From IMG/VR virus record IMGVR_UViG_3300009104_001210, positions 152,423-216,422 of that record: a stretch of 64,000 nt of DNA. The stretch is one strand, 5' to 3'. This document shows positions 18,193-28,181 of the stretch, in pieces (within the stretch, counting starts at the first letter, position 1; each line of letters begins with the position of its first letter). A program made the position numbers and the translations under genes. Below the pieces are notes generated by a model, which saw nothing but the letters and a program-made list of their open reading frames with translations, made no database searches and was not told the origin of the DNA.

Positions 18193-18504
18193 TTGATGGA
18201 AAGAAAATATTGGTCTGATTATGATGTGTATATTGAGATGGCACATTCCCATACAAATAGATTAGAAGTAAGTTATTCGGGTTTTATAAGATTTAAAAAA
18301 GTAAAAGAAGTAATAAGTTCTATAGCAAATACAAACCCAGACTCTAAACATTTTTTATATGAAGGAGAAATAGTGCCAAAAAAAATTAGTCAAACAGAAG
18401 CACTATCTATACTTGATAATATTTATAAAGGTAAGTGGGATAAAACCACTGCGAAATGTATAAGAGTTGCGAATCAAGTAGGAATTGATTTAAGAAAAGA
18501 ATAA
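18193..18504 (+). CDS. hypothetical protein
   Basis: ORF track. Confidence 0.55.
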   Translation: MMERKYWSDYDVYIEMAHSHTNRLEVSYSGFIRFKKVKEVISSIANTNPDSKHFLYEGEIVPKKISQTEALSILDNIYKGKWDKTTAKCIRVANQVGIDLRKE

Positions 18505-18540
18505 GCCGAAGACTTTTCTTCGGTTAAACGGAGAAGAGTT

Positions 18541-19038
18541 ATGGCTAAAAAAGTAGATGTTAAAGAATATCAATGTAAGTTAATTAAGGTTTTAGATGGA
18601 GATACTATAGATTGTTTTATTGATTTAGGTTTCAATCTGAAAACTAAAAAACGTATACGATATATGGGAATAGATACTTGGGAATCAAGAACAAGAGATT
18701 TAGAAGAAAAGGCAAAAGGTTTAAAAGCTAAAGCTCGTAATAAAGAATTATTAGAAGGTGGAGTTTTTAAACTTAAATCATTTGGTACAGGTAAGTTCGG
18801 TAGAGTGTTAGGTGAAGTGTTTGTGGATCCTGATATTGTAGGAGAACATATTCAAGAGTGCATAGTAAATGATGATAGTGATATTGATTTAGACCATGAT
18901 GGTTGGGTAAGTGTTAATGATATCTTAATCGAAGAAGGACACGCTTACGAATATCATGGTGGTAAGAAAAAAGATTTCAAAAAAGAAATCAAAGAAGAAA
19001 AAGCTAACGCTAAATTAGTTAAAGGTAATGAAGTATGA
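18541..19038 (+). CDS. staphylococcal-nuclease (thermonuclease)-like protein
   Basis: VLDGDT, RIRYMGIDTWES, KFGRVLG. Confidence 0.85.
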   Translation: MAKKVDVKEYQCKLIKVLDGDTIDCFIDLGFNLKTKKRIRYMGIDTWESRTRDLEEKAKGLKAKARNKELLEGGVFKLKSFGTGKFGRVLGEVFVDPDIVGEHIQECIVNDDSDIDLDHDGWVSVNDILIEEGHAYEYHGGKKKDFKKEIKEEKANAKLVKGNEV

Positions 19039-19280
19039 AAACATTAAAATATTTTTCAGCAACTTGGTGTGGTCCTTGTAAGGCGTTTAAACCTGTTATG
19101 AATGAAATTGCATCAGAAGGGCATTTAGTAGAATTTATTGATATAGATAGATCACAGGATGTAGCATCAAAATATGGAATTAGATCTGTACCTACTGTAA
19201 TAATAGAACAAGGTGGACAAGAAGTTGACAGATTTTCAGGTGCTTTGCCAAAACAATTAGTATTGGAGAAAATAACCTAA
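19035..19280 (+). CDS. trxA: thioredoxin
   Basis: WCGPC; IRSVPT. Confidence 0.92.
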   Translation: MKTLKYFSATWCGPCKAFKPVMNEIASEGHLVEFIDIDRSQDVASKYGIRSVPTVIIEQGGQEVDRFSGALPKQLVLEKIT

Positions 19281-19442
19281 ATGCCTAGAATTTTTGGTAA
19301 TGAAGAACCTTCGAAAACAGGTAAGAGTACAAGACAAGGAATGGGTAGAGGAACTAAGTGGGGAACTAAACCTGCTGGTAAAGGTAATAAGAAAGCATTA
19401 ACCCGTTATAAGAAAAAATATCGTGGCCAAGGAAAGAGATAA
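19281..19442 (+). CDS. small highly basic protein (53 aa)
   Basis: MPRIFGNEEPSKTGKSTRQGMGRG...KKKYRGQGKR; not in the ORF track. Confidence 0.55.
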   Translation: MPRIFGNEEPSKTGKSTRQGMGRGTKWGTKPAGKGNKKALTRYKKKYRGQGKR

Positions 19443-20151
19443 AGTCGCAAATAGTTTATGGATAGGTAAGAAATTATTACCACAAAATATAATATCTATA
19501 AAATCTTTTTTACAAAATGGATTTGATTATAACTTATATGTTTATGATGAAGTAAAAGATATTCCATCAGGAGTAAATGTTCTTGATGGTAATGATATAT
19601 TACCTGATTCTGCTATATGGTACTACGGCAAAGGATTTAATAAAGGATCACCTTCAGGTTTTTCAAATGAATTTAGATTTACTTTCCTATATGATATTGG
19701 TGGATTATGGACTGATACTGATATAGTTTTATTGAAAGAATTCAATTTAGAACAACCTTTAATTTTTATAAGTCAAGAAAATCCTGATCAAAGTATAATG
19801 GCAACTACTTCTTTAATATATTCAAAACATCCAAAATTAGAAATTTTTAAAGATGCTTTAAATGAAATAACTTTTAGAAATAAAGAAAGAATTAAACATG
19901 GAGAAACTGGTCCAGATTTACTTGATTATTTAGTAAAGAAATATCAATTAGAAGAATTTGTTTTAGGTTATAATGCGTTTTGTTCAATAGGTTGGCATGA
20001 AATAGATAAGTTAATTAATGGAACTAAACTTTCAGAAGAAGCTATAGGATTACATTTGTTTAATGCTAGATGGGAAGCTGATGGAATTGATATTGATAAT
20101 TATAGTACATCTAAATCTATTCTTACTGAATTGAAGAAAAAGTATTTATGA
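19423..20151 (+). CDS. GT32/capsular-synthesis-type glycosyltransferase
   Basis: FSNEFRF...GGLWTDTD (DxD); HGETGP. Confidence 0.75.
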   Translation: MAKERDKVANSLWIGKKLLPQNIISIKSFLQNGFDYNLYVYDEVKDIPSGVNVLDGNDILPDSAIWYYGKGFNKGSPSGFSNEFRFTFLYDIGGLWTDTDIVLLKEFNLEQPLIFISQENPDQSIMATTSLIYSKHPKLEIFKDALNEITFRNKERIKHGETGPDLLDYLVKKYQLEEFVLGYNAFCSIGWHEIDKLINGTKLSEEAIGLHLFNARWEADGIDIDNYSTSKSILTELKKKYL

Positions 20152-21101
20152 AATTAAGTAGAGAGAAAAGAAGAGAAGTAGCATTATATCAAAGTGTTTA
20201 TTTTTATGATAGGAATACAAGATTTAATACTGATATTCATCCAGATGATTTTTTTCATACAACTAAATTTAGATCTTATTTTGATGATGATAATAGAATT
20301 AACGGTATTGTTCCTATAAATAAAATAGAGCAATCTATTTTTTTTAAAGATAAATATTATTATCCTAAAACTTATATTAAAAATCCAAAGTTAGAAGGAA
20401 TTTGGTTTATTAAACCAACGGATGGGTCTTTGGGTAATGATATTGAAATAACTGATGATTTAAGTTCAGTAAAAAATAATAAAAAAGCTATTTATCAACA
20501 ATCAATTGATAATCCTTTATTACATAAAAATAAAAAAATAGATTTTAGAACTTTTTTATTATTACAAACATTTGAGGGAAAATTTAGAGCATATTTTTAT
20601 AAAGATTCTATGTTAAGATGGACAACACTTGATTATAAAAAAGATGATTTTACATTGGAACGCCAAATAACAAATTATCTTGCAAAAAGAGATGGTAAAT
20701 TTTTTGGTAATACTATGGTTAGGGCATATTCTAAACACACATATCATTATTATAAAGAGTTACATGAAACTATGAAAAATATTATTGTAGATATTTCAAA
20801 AAGTATTTTTGATAGAGTGAATAATAAAACACAAAGAAATATATTTCAATTGTTTGGTGTAGATTTTATTCCTGATGAAGATAAGAATGTTTGGTTATTA
20901 GAAATGAATGGTAATCCAGGTCCTTATTTACATTTAGATAGACCATTAACAAAACAATTAAAGAATTGGACTTTAGATATAGTTGAAGATATATTTGATT
21001 TAACAGTATATCCAATGTATTATGGAAGAAAAAAAAAGTTAGGTGAATTTGAATTAGTATTTGAAAAAGATTTACAATTTGAAAAATGGATAGAAGTATG
21101 A
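20148..21101 (+). CDS. tubulin-tyrosine-ligase (TTL/TTLL) family ATP-grasp ligase
   Basis: WFIKP..GSLG..I; QQSIDNPLL..KKIDFR; FQLFGVDF...WLLEMNGNP. Confidence 0.85.
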   Translation: MKLSREKRREVALYQSVYFYDRNTRFNTDIHPDDFFHTTKFRSYFDDDNRINGIVPINKIEQSIFFKDKYYYPKTYIKNPKLEGIWFIKPTDGSLGNDIEITDDLSSVKNNKKAIYQQSIDNPLLHKNKKIDFRTFLLLQTFEGKFRAYFYKDSMLRWTTLDYKKDDFTLERQITNYLAKRDGKFFGNTMVRAYSKHTYHYYKELHETMKNIIVDISKSIFDRVNNKTQRNIFQLFGVDFIPDEDKNVWLLEMNGNPGPYLHLDRPLTKQLKNWTLDIVEDIFDLTVYPMYYGRKKKLGEFELVFEKDLQFEKWIEV

Positions 21102-21103
21102 AT

Positions 21104-21565
21104 ATTAACAGAAAAAGAGATAGACATATAGTAGATTATTTAAATAATCATTTTTATTGTAAATTAGGTATATCAAAAGTTCATGGTATAGGAGTTTTTG
21201 CATTAAGAGATATACCTGCTGGTATTGATCCGTTTGTTTTACCTAAAAAAGATAGGTTGGTTACAGTATATAAAGCAAGTTTGAAAAATTTAGATGAGAA
21301 TATTAAAGAATGGTTAGCTGAAAAATTTATAAATGATGATAAAGTTCAAACAATTTTACTTACTGATACTTTACAAAAACAGTTTAAATACTATTTTAAT
21401 CATAATGAAAAACCAAATTTAGAGTGGAATACACCAAAACATCGCCATCCATGTATGCCACCTTGTCCAAAATGTGGCGGACAAAATTTTATTACATTAC
21501 AAGATATAAAAAAAGATGAAGAAATTTTTGTTAATTATGCTATTGACACTAATATTTATAATTGA
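21104..21565 (+). CDS. SET-domain lysine methyltransferase
   Basis: HGIGVFALRDIPAG, YFNH, DIKKDEEIFVNY; start uncertain (track gives 21086). Confidence 0.85.
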   Translation: MNRKRDRHIVDYLNNHFYCKLGISKVHGIGVFALRDIPAGIDPFVLPKKDRLVTVYKASLKNLDENIKEWLAEKFINDDKVQTILLTDTLQKQFKYYFNHNEKPNLEWNTPKHRHPCMPPCPKCGGQNFITLQDIKKDEEIFVNYAIDTNIYN

Positions 21566-21597
21566 CATATTTATACTTAGGAATATGGAGTTAATTA

Positions 21598-22932
21598 ATG
21601 ACATGGATTAATACTAAAACGGTATTCACTTGGAATACTAAGGACAAAAAGTACGAAGAAACTCTTAATGAGGGTTATGATTATACTGGTCCTACTGCTG
21701 AATGTTTTGGTTGTTTTATAGCAGGAACAGCTGTACCTACCTCAGATGTAACATATGAGTTGATAGAAAATTTAAAAGTTGGTGATACAGTACTTACAGT
21801 TAATACAAATACAAAACCATTCACATTAGAAGAAAATAAAATACTTGAAATAGCTACACCTGTTCATGAGAATATGGTTGAGATAAAATTTGATGCTAAA
21901 ATGTTCAAAGATGGTATGCCAACATATAAGTATAGTTTAGATGAAGCAAAACCATCTCCCTCTAAGATAGCAGTTGGTCCGAAGAAATTTCCAGAGTTCT
22001 GGCTTGAAGTTTCAGAACTAGATAAACTTTCTGATGATGAGAAAGAAGCAGAGTTTAATAAATATATTGACGCCACTTGGAAGGATTTAGTAAATACAAA
22101 TACATTTGATCACCCATATTTGGTAAAAAATAAAGGTTGGTGTTCATATAAACCAAGTTTAACTAAAGAAACATATAGTATGGATGTTGGTCAGCTTGAA
22201 GTTGGTGATATTTGTTATGTGCTCAATCCTGTAAGGGGAAGAAGTCCTTTTACTGAGGTAAAGATTGTTAGTATTGAAGAAAAAAATGAAGAAACCCAAA
22301 CATATAACTTAGCTAGTGTTGAAAATAATCATAATTATTTAGCTAATGGTGTATTAGTTCACAATAAAGAAAGTTTGGGTGGTGAAGATGTAACTATTTT
22401 AAGTAGTTCTGTTGACCACGCTGATGGAGAAGTACATGCTTCTATGTCAATTGATGATAAAGTTTTAGCAGCTAGTATTTCAGGTTTACCTGATACAGAT
22501 GTAGCATCAGAATTTTTATTGTGGGAATATACGGGCAGTGATATTGCTTCTCAAATTACATTAGTTACTGCTTCAGTTGATTATATTATGTCTTCTTCTC
22601 GTAACAATTGGTTAAATATTGATTGTAAAAATGGTAGATCTGATACTTTTAGAATTACACCTGGACACCCATTATTAGTTAAGAGTGAAAGTTATGGTGA
22701 GGGATATGGGCTTCCTGGTTCTACAGGATCAGCAGCACTTACAGGATCTGTTTGGTATTTTGATTATGCAGGAGACATTAATACAAATTATAAACTTTTA
22801 AGTTCTTCATTGGAAGAGGTAGACATTGAATCAATTACACCATATAGTGCGTCTGAATCGTCTAGCTTTTTTAGATTTGATATAGAACCACAGGATACAT
22901 ATTTCGTAGATCACATATTAATACATAATTAG
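21598..22932 (+). CDS. tandem Hint-domain (intein-like) autoprocessing protein
   Basis: 38-aa leader; Hint 1 CFIAGT...TFDHP...VLVHN; KE linker; Hint 2 SLGGED...TPGHP...ILIHN-stop. Confidence 0.85.
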   Translation: MTWINTKTVFTWNTKDKKYEETLNEGYDYTGPTAECFGCFIAGTAVPTSDVTYELIENLKVGDTVLTVNTNTKPFTLEENKILEIATPVHENMVEIKFDAKMFKDGMPTYKYSLDEAKPSPSKIAVGPKKFPEFWLEVSELDKLSDDEKEAEFNKYIDATWKDLVNTNTFDHPYLVKNKGWCSYKPSLTKETYSMDVGQLEVGDICYVLNPVRGRSPFTEVKIVSIEEKNEETQTYNLASVENNHNYLANGVLVHNKESLGGEDVTILSSSVDHADGEVHASMSIDDKVLAASISGLPDTDVASEFLLWEYTGSDIASQITLVTASVDYIMSSSRNNWLNIDCKNGRSDTFRITPGHPLLVKSESYGEGYGLPGSTGSAALTGSVWYFDYAGDINTNYKLLSSSLEEVDIESITPYSASESSSFFRFDIEPQDTYFVDHILIHN

Positions 22933-22939
22933 AGGTTAC

Positions 22940-23854
22940 ATGATATTAACTACTTCTTATACAAGTCCACCTGGATTTGGTCATAGAATTTTTGTTTGGG
23001 AATATCTTTATTTAATTAATCAATATAATGATTTCAAATTTGATTTAGTTTTATCCGATAGTGTTTATGAGGAAACTAAATATTTAGATTTTCCAAAAAC
23101 AAAAATAGTGTCGGATGATAGATATACTACTAAGAAATTTAGAGCGAAAAAAATCGTAGCTGAGATATTAGATAAACAATTAACTTCACACGACCATATG
23201 CTCAAAGATTGGGATTGTTGTTATTACCATAACGAAAATATTTTTATACCTGATATAGATACTCTTAGACCAATTCAAGAAATTCAAATGAAAGACAAAA
23301 AACTATTACAGAAAATAAAAGATACTGTTAAAGATTGTATTGGAATTCATGTGAGACGGGGAGATTTAAAAGATGATGGTAGTGAGAATTATAAAAAATG
23401 GTTAAATAGAGATAATAACAATTGGAGATATGCATACTTAGAAGATAATTATTATCTTACAAGATTAGAAAATCATCCAAATAAAAAATTCTATTTAAGT
23501 TCAGATGCTACATTAGAAGAATTAAAATTTATTACAGATAACTATGATGTTATTATGAGTGATGATATTTTAGGAGAAAAAAAAGAAAGAATTAAATGGG
23601 GATTTAATGACAACTATTATATGCATGGTGGTCCTAAAATAGATTTACATTCAATAGTAGATTTGATGGCACTAACATATTCTAAAAAATTTATTGCAAG
23701 TAATTCTATGTGGAGTGAATTTATTTCAAATTATAAACAAGATAGTTGGAATAATACAGATACTATTTATCCAACAAGATGTTATAAAGTTGCACCAAGA
23801 GAAGGATTATATTATTTGGATTACGGATTTCCGTCATCTATGTTACACTCATGA
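22940..23854 (+). CDS. GT11/fucosyltransferase-like glycosyltransferase
   Basis: GFGHR, IGIHVRRGD, FYLSSD, DLMAL...FIASNS. Confidence 0.7.
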   Translation: MILTTSYTSPPGFGHRIFVWEYLYLINQYNDFKFDLVLSDSVYEETKYLDFPKTKIVSDDRYTTKKFRAKKIVAEILDKQLTSHDHMLKDWDCCYYHNENIFIPDIDTLRPIQEIQMKDKKLLQKIKDTVKDCIGIHVRRGDLKDDGSENYKKWLNRDNNNWRYAYLEDNYYLTRLENHPNKKFYLSSDATLEELKFITDNYDVIMSDDILGEKKERIKWGFNDNYYMHGGPKIDLHSIVDLMALTYSKKFIASNSMWSEFISNYKQDSWNNTDTIYPTRCYKVAPREGLYYLDYGFPSSMLHS

Positions 23855-24579
23855 GTTTATATAAACATCCAATAAAATTCGATCTAGATAAATTATTAAA
23901 AGAAAAAGACTATGCTGAATCAGTAGTTACATATGATTCAGGATTTAGAAATCATTGTATATCTTTGTTAGGTAGAAAAGAAGAAGAAATGGAAGGTTGG
24001 AATCTTTATTTAGCAGAAATGAATAGGCATAGAATATGGAAAGATTATAATAGACAAGTGAATGTATTATATGATACAGAAATCTTACAAGATATTCCTT
24101 TTGATAGAAAACATTTACCTTATATGAATAGTGTATTTGATATATTTAATGAAGGAACTGAAGTTTTAGTTGCTAGATTAATTCGAAGAGAATCACATTC
24201 TTCATACGGCATACATAGAGATTATGGAAAAGGTATGGAAGAACTTGAAGATTCTAAGAAGATGATGTGGAGATTTCAGATTCCACTTATATCAAATAAA
24301 GACTGCTACTTAATTATTTTTAAAGATCATGTAGTTGACAAATGGAAAGAGTTATATGGTGAATATCAATTAGAAGATTTTTTAGATAAACCATCTGATG
24401 ATTTTCAGGTTCATCATTTAGAGGATGGTTATTTATATCACTTTAAAGTTTGGAAGTATGCACACACGGTATGGAATATGGGGGAAACAGATAGATATAC
24501 ATTAGTAGTTGATACAATACCAAATGAGTGGATAGAAAATTGGGCAAAGGAAAATTTAAATGAAGTTTTACCTTCATAA
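23851..24579 (+). CDS. 2OG-Fe(II) oxygenase (Asp/Asn beta-hydroxylase-like)
   Basis: HRD (HxD), RFQIPL, HTVWN, DRYTLVVD. Confidence 0.7.
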   Translation: MSLYKHPIKFDLDKLLKEKDYAESVVTYDSGFRNHCISLLGRKEEEMEGWNLYLAEMNRHRIWKDYNRQVNVLYDTEILQDIPFDRKHLPYMNSVFDIFNEGTEVLVARLIRRESHSSYGIHRDYGKGMEELEDSKKMMWRFQIPLISNKDCYLIIFKDHVVDKWKELYGEYQLEDFLDKPSDDFQVHHLEDGYLYHFKVWKYAHTVWNMGETDRYTLVVDTIPNEWIENWAKENLNEVLPS

Positions 24580-25528
24580 AGATATTTTATATGAAGATCA
24601 AGCGTGGAAAACTGTTAAGTTTTTATTAGATGTAAAAAAAATATCTAATGAGGTTGTAGATATGCACAATATAGAATCTATAAAGCAATTAAATGTTTCA
24701 AGTGATGATATATGTTTTGCTAGATTTGGTCATCATTTTGATGATAAGATAGCAACTAATAAAGCATATGATGTATTAACTCAAAAATTTAATAAAATAT
24801 ATCCTTCAAAAGACGCATATTATTATTATGATGATAAATTAAAGCAATATGAATTTATGTTAGAAAATGATATACCTTGTTTGAAAACATATTATGTAGG
24901 TAGTAAAGAAGAGATAGAAAAATTAAATATAAAATTTCCTATAGTTACTAAAAAAACTTGGGGGGCTGGAACTGAACAAGTTAATAAGTGGGATGATTAT
25001 GAATCTATTGTTGATAATAAAGATACTCGAAGTTGGACAGGGGGATCTATATTTCCATGTTTAGTTCAAGAATATAAAGATGTAGATTATGATATTAGAG
25101 TTAGAATTTTAAACTCTAAAGTTTTCTTTACTAAAAGAATGCACGAATTTAAAACAAAAAATAAAGATAATTTTCCATATGGTACAAAAGAGATTCTTAA
25201 AAAAGATAGAATAAAATATCATTTACCACCATATGAAGTTCCTGTAGCATTACCAATAAATGATTTAGCAGAAGTAGAAGATATTATACCTATAGTAGAA
25301 AAATTACATAAGATTCAAAATGAAAAATTGAATAGTAATTTTGTGGTGTGGGATATTCTTAGAACAAATGAAGGAATAAAAATTCTTGAATTTAGTCATG
25401 TTACAGTATATAAAAGTTTTCCACAAATTTATTATGATATAGAATATAAAGAAGCAAATAAATTAACAATAAAAAATCGTGAACATTTTTTTTATTTGTA
25501 TAACGAAATATTAAAAGGATTAATATGA
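24560..25528 (+). CDS. RimK-like ATP-grasp ligase
   Basis: DKLKQYEFM, PIVTKKTWGAG, LVQEY...YDIRV, VWDIL...ILEFS. Confidence 0.75.
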   Translation: MKFYLHKDILYEDQAWKTVKFLLDVKKISNEVVDMHNIESIKQLNVSSDDICFARFGHHFDDKIATNKAYDVLTQKFNKIYPSKDAYYYYDDKLKQYEFMLENDIPCLKTYYVGSKEEIEKLNIKFPIVTKKTWGAGTEQVNKWDDYESIVDNKDTRSWTGGSIFPCLVQEYKDVDYDIRVRILNSKVFFTKRMHEFKTKNKDNFPYGTKEILKKDRIKYHLPPYEVPVALPINDLAEVEDIIPIVEKLHKIQNEKLNSNFVVWDILRTNEGIKILEFSHVTVYKSFPQIYYDIEYKEANKLTIKNREHFFYLYNEILKGLI

Positions 25529-27090
25529 AGAAAGTTATTATAGTTGGTGGTGGATTTGCAGGTTACTTAACAGCGTTGTTTTTAAATAAAAAATTTCCTA
25601 AATTAAAAATTGATATAATAAAATCATCAGATAAAGAACAAATTTCTGCTGGAGAACAAACAGGCAAAGAACAACTACAATTGTTTTTTGAATCATTAGG
25701 AATTGAAGAAACTGAATGGTTTAGTAGAACAAAATCTTTTTTAAAAATAGGTAATTCTTTTGTTGGGTGGGGAAACCGTGAAAATTTTGATCCTCGAGTT
25801 GGTGGACCAGATGTAGTTAATCATAGTTTTGTAATGGAAAATAAATTATTACCTTTACTTAGGAATGGTGGTGGTATGAAATCCGTAAAGGATTCTATGA
25901 AATATAATGATAAGTTACATACTGAATTATATCAAAATAGTTTTTTAGAAACACCCATAGATAATACGGATGATTATATAGATAGTTTTAAAAAACACTT
26001 TAAAAATAGTTTTTTTAATAGAAAGAATAATAGAGCCATAGCTCATATGCATGATTGGTTAGAGATAGGTAAATTTATAGAAACTAAGTTTGATGATAAT
26101 GTTAAAATAATTACTGATCATATAACTGATGTGGTTGTAGATAAAAAAAATAATACTATAGAATATCTTGTTAATAAAGATAAAGAAAAGATTAAAGCAG
26201 ATCACTACGTAGATTGTACAGGTATTAGTAGAATTTTGATTTCTAAACTTAGTAAAGTTGTAGATATTAGTGATGAATATCCTGTAAATAGTGCCGTATT
26301 TGGTCCAGTAGAATATATAGATAGAACTAAAGAGATGGTGCCAACCTTATATACTACTGCTTTTAAAAATGGTTATTCATTTAAAACACCATTACAACAT
26401 AGGATAGGAACAGGATATGTCTATTCAGATAAGTATATTAGTAAAGATGAAGCAATAGATGAGATAAATGATTATTGGGATGGTAGATTTAAGTCAGATC
26501 AAGTTAATCATTTAAAATGGACTCCATCTTATGTAGTTAAACCTTTTCAGAAAAATTGTAGCGCTGTAGGATTAGCAGGACAATTTGATTGTCCAATGGA
26601 ATCTACAGTATTTACTCAGATATCAACTGCTCTTCAACAATTAGGAAATTATTTAAATAGAGATAATAAATTATTATACATGAATCGTTCTGATATAAGA
26701 GATGAAGATATGTTAAATTATTGTAATACTTGGACTGAATATACTTTTCATAATACAAGACATTTTAAACAAATGATGTTTTATACTACAAATAGAGATG
26801 ATAGCGAATTTTGGAAGAATATTAAAACACTTAATTATTCTGATATTTTTTATAAAAAATTAAGTTTCTTTTTAGACAATTCATTTGATTATATAATAGA
26901 AAATAGAAATAAGTTTCCTGATTATACTCCACCAACAAATTTTAATATTAATGAAGATAGATTTTGGAGAGTATATCAAAAAGGATTTAAAGGATATTTT
27001 GATTATATGGGAATAAGGGGTGTAGGACATAGTATGATATTAGATGTTCATAATTGGTTAATGATTCTTGCGTATAAAAAATACATTTAA
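25525..27090 (+). CDS. tryptophan-halogenase (PrnA)-like flavoprotein
   Basis: IVGGGFAG, KIGNSFVGW, YVDCTG, PLQHRIGTGYVYS, PMEST. Confidence 0.8.
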   Translation: MKKVIIVGGGFAGYLTALFLNKKFPKLKIDIIKSSDKEQISAGEQTGKEQLQLFFESLGIEETEWFSRTKSFLKIGNSFVGWGNRENFDPRVGGPDVVNHSFVMENKLLPLLRNGGGMKSVKDSMKYNDKLHTELYQNSFLETPIDNTDDYIDSFKKHFKNSFFNRKNNRAIAHMHDWLEIGKFIETKFDDNVKIITDHITDVVVDKKNNTIEYLVNKDKEKIKADHYVDCTGISRILISKLSKVVDISDEYPVNSAVFGPVEYIDRTKEMVPTLYTTAFKNGYSFKTPLQHRIGTGYVYSDKYISKDEAIDEINDYWDGRFKSDQVNHLKWTPSYVVKPFQKNCSAVGLAGQFDCPMESTVFTQISTALQQLGNYLNRDNKLLYMNRSDIRDEDMLNYCNTWTEYTFHNTRHFKQMMFYTTNRDDSEFWKNIKTLNYSDIFYKKLSFFLDNSFDYIIENRNKFPDYTPPTNFNINEDRFWRVYQKGFKGYFDYMGIRGVGHSMILDVHNWLMILAYKKYI

Positions 27091-27120
27091 CCTTATCTAA
27101 TTAGAAGAGTCTAATATAGT

Positions 27121-27261
27121 ATGATAGATACAGAAAAATTTATAAAAAACCTACATAAAGAAATAAAACGTAGAAAAGAACGTAAACAACGTGTATTCAA
27201 TACTATTTATTTAGTAGGAGTGTTTATCTTTGATTTTATAATAGACACAGGAGAATGGATA
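27121..27261 (+). CDS. small membrane protein
   Basis: MIDTEKFIKNLHKEIKRRKERKQRVFNTIYLVGVFIF...; not in the ORF track. Confidence 0.4.
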
Positions 27262-27596
27262 TGAAAAAATATTTATTAATGTTTGCTTTTATTTTACCAT
27301 TAATGGCTCAAGAAGTTGAAGTTAAAGAAACAGATGGTAAGACAGAAGTTACCGTTAAGAAACAACACGATAAGAAAAAATGGGATCGTGGCAGTATGAA
27401 GCGCGGTATGGACAGACGTGATAAACGAATGATGATGGCTAAACGAAAAAAGATGCAAAGGAAGAGATTCTGGCGCTCAGCAGTTCGTGTAGTTGTTATT
27501 GGTGGAGTAGCTTATTATGTTGGATATACTCAAGGCCAAAAGCATGAACATAAACGTGGTTGGAATAAAAAACCATATATGGGTGATAGAAAATAA
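27255..27596 (+). CDS. secreted/membrane basic protein
   Basis: Signal peptide-like N-terminus; C-terminal hydrophobic segment. Confidence 0.55.
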   Translation: MDMKKYLLMFAFILPLMAQEVEVKETDGKTEVTVKKQHDKKKWDRGSMKRGMDRRDKRMMMAKRKKMQRKRFWRSAVRVVVIGGVAYYVGYTQGQKHEHKRGWNKKPYMGDRK

Positions 27597-28180
27597 TGAA
27601 ACTTAAAAAAATATTAATGAGTTGTGTATTACTTTTTGGGAGCTTGTCTCTATCGGGATGTTATACGCAACTCTCTATGTTTTATCCTGAACCAGAAATC
27701 GAAAATGATGATAGTGAACAGTTCTACGAAACTTATTCAAGAGCAGTTCCAAGACCTCTTAACGTAGGTATTTACGCACAAGACGGAGCAGGAACACCAT
27801 TGAGTTTAGCTTATAGTTCAATGTATAATAGATTTCAACCATACTATGGATTTGGTTATGGTTATGGTAGAAGTGGTTACTATAATAGTTACGGAACTTA
27901 TTATGGATATGATTCATATCTAATAGGTGGATATACAATGTATGTTCCAGTTAATACAGGTGAAAGAAAACCAAGAACATTTTCTACAAGTAGAGATAGT
28001 GATGGTTCACCTGGAACAAATTTAAATGTTACAAGAACAAGAAGTTCCAACACTTCACAATCAAGTAATAGTGGTTATAGTAATAGTTCGAATGTATCAA
28101 GTACAAGAAGTTCTTCAGGGCGCTCGTCAAGTTCTTCCTCAAGTTCTAATTCAGGAAGAAGAGTAACCAAGAGGAATTAA
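27596..28180 (+). CDS. lipoprotein with Tyr/Gly-rich core and Ser-rich tail
   Basis: Lipobox LSG-C (GCYTQL). Confidence 0.65.
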   Translation: MKLKKILMSCVLLFGSLSLSGCYTQLSMFYPEPEIENDDSEQFYETYSRAVPRPLNVGIYAQDGAGTPLSLAYSSMYNRFQPYYGFGYGYGRSGYYNSYGTYYGYDSYLIGGYTMYVPVNTGERKPRTFSTSRDSDGSPGTNLNVTRTRSSNTSQSSNSGYSNSSNVSSTRSSSGRSSSSSSSSNSGRRVTKRN

Positions 28181-28181
28181 T

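Noticed and set aside
21712-22365. Canonical mobile intein in a host gene
   Set aside because: The +1 residue is Lys, there is no homing endonuclease, and there are no substantial exteins; treated as an intein-like Hint domain instead.
28040-28160. Ser-rich repeat as a DNA tandem repeat
   Set aside because: Codons vary; this is protein-level low complexity only.
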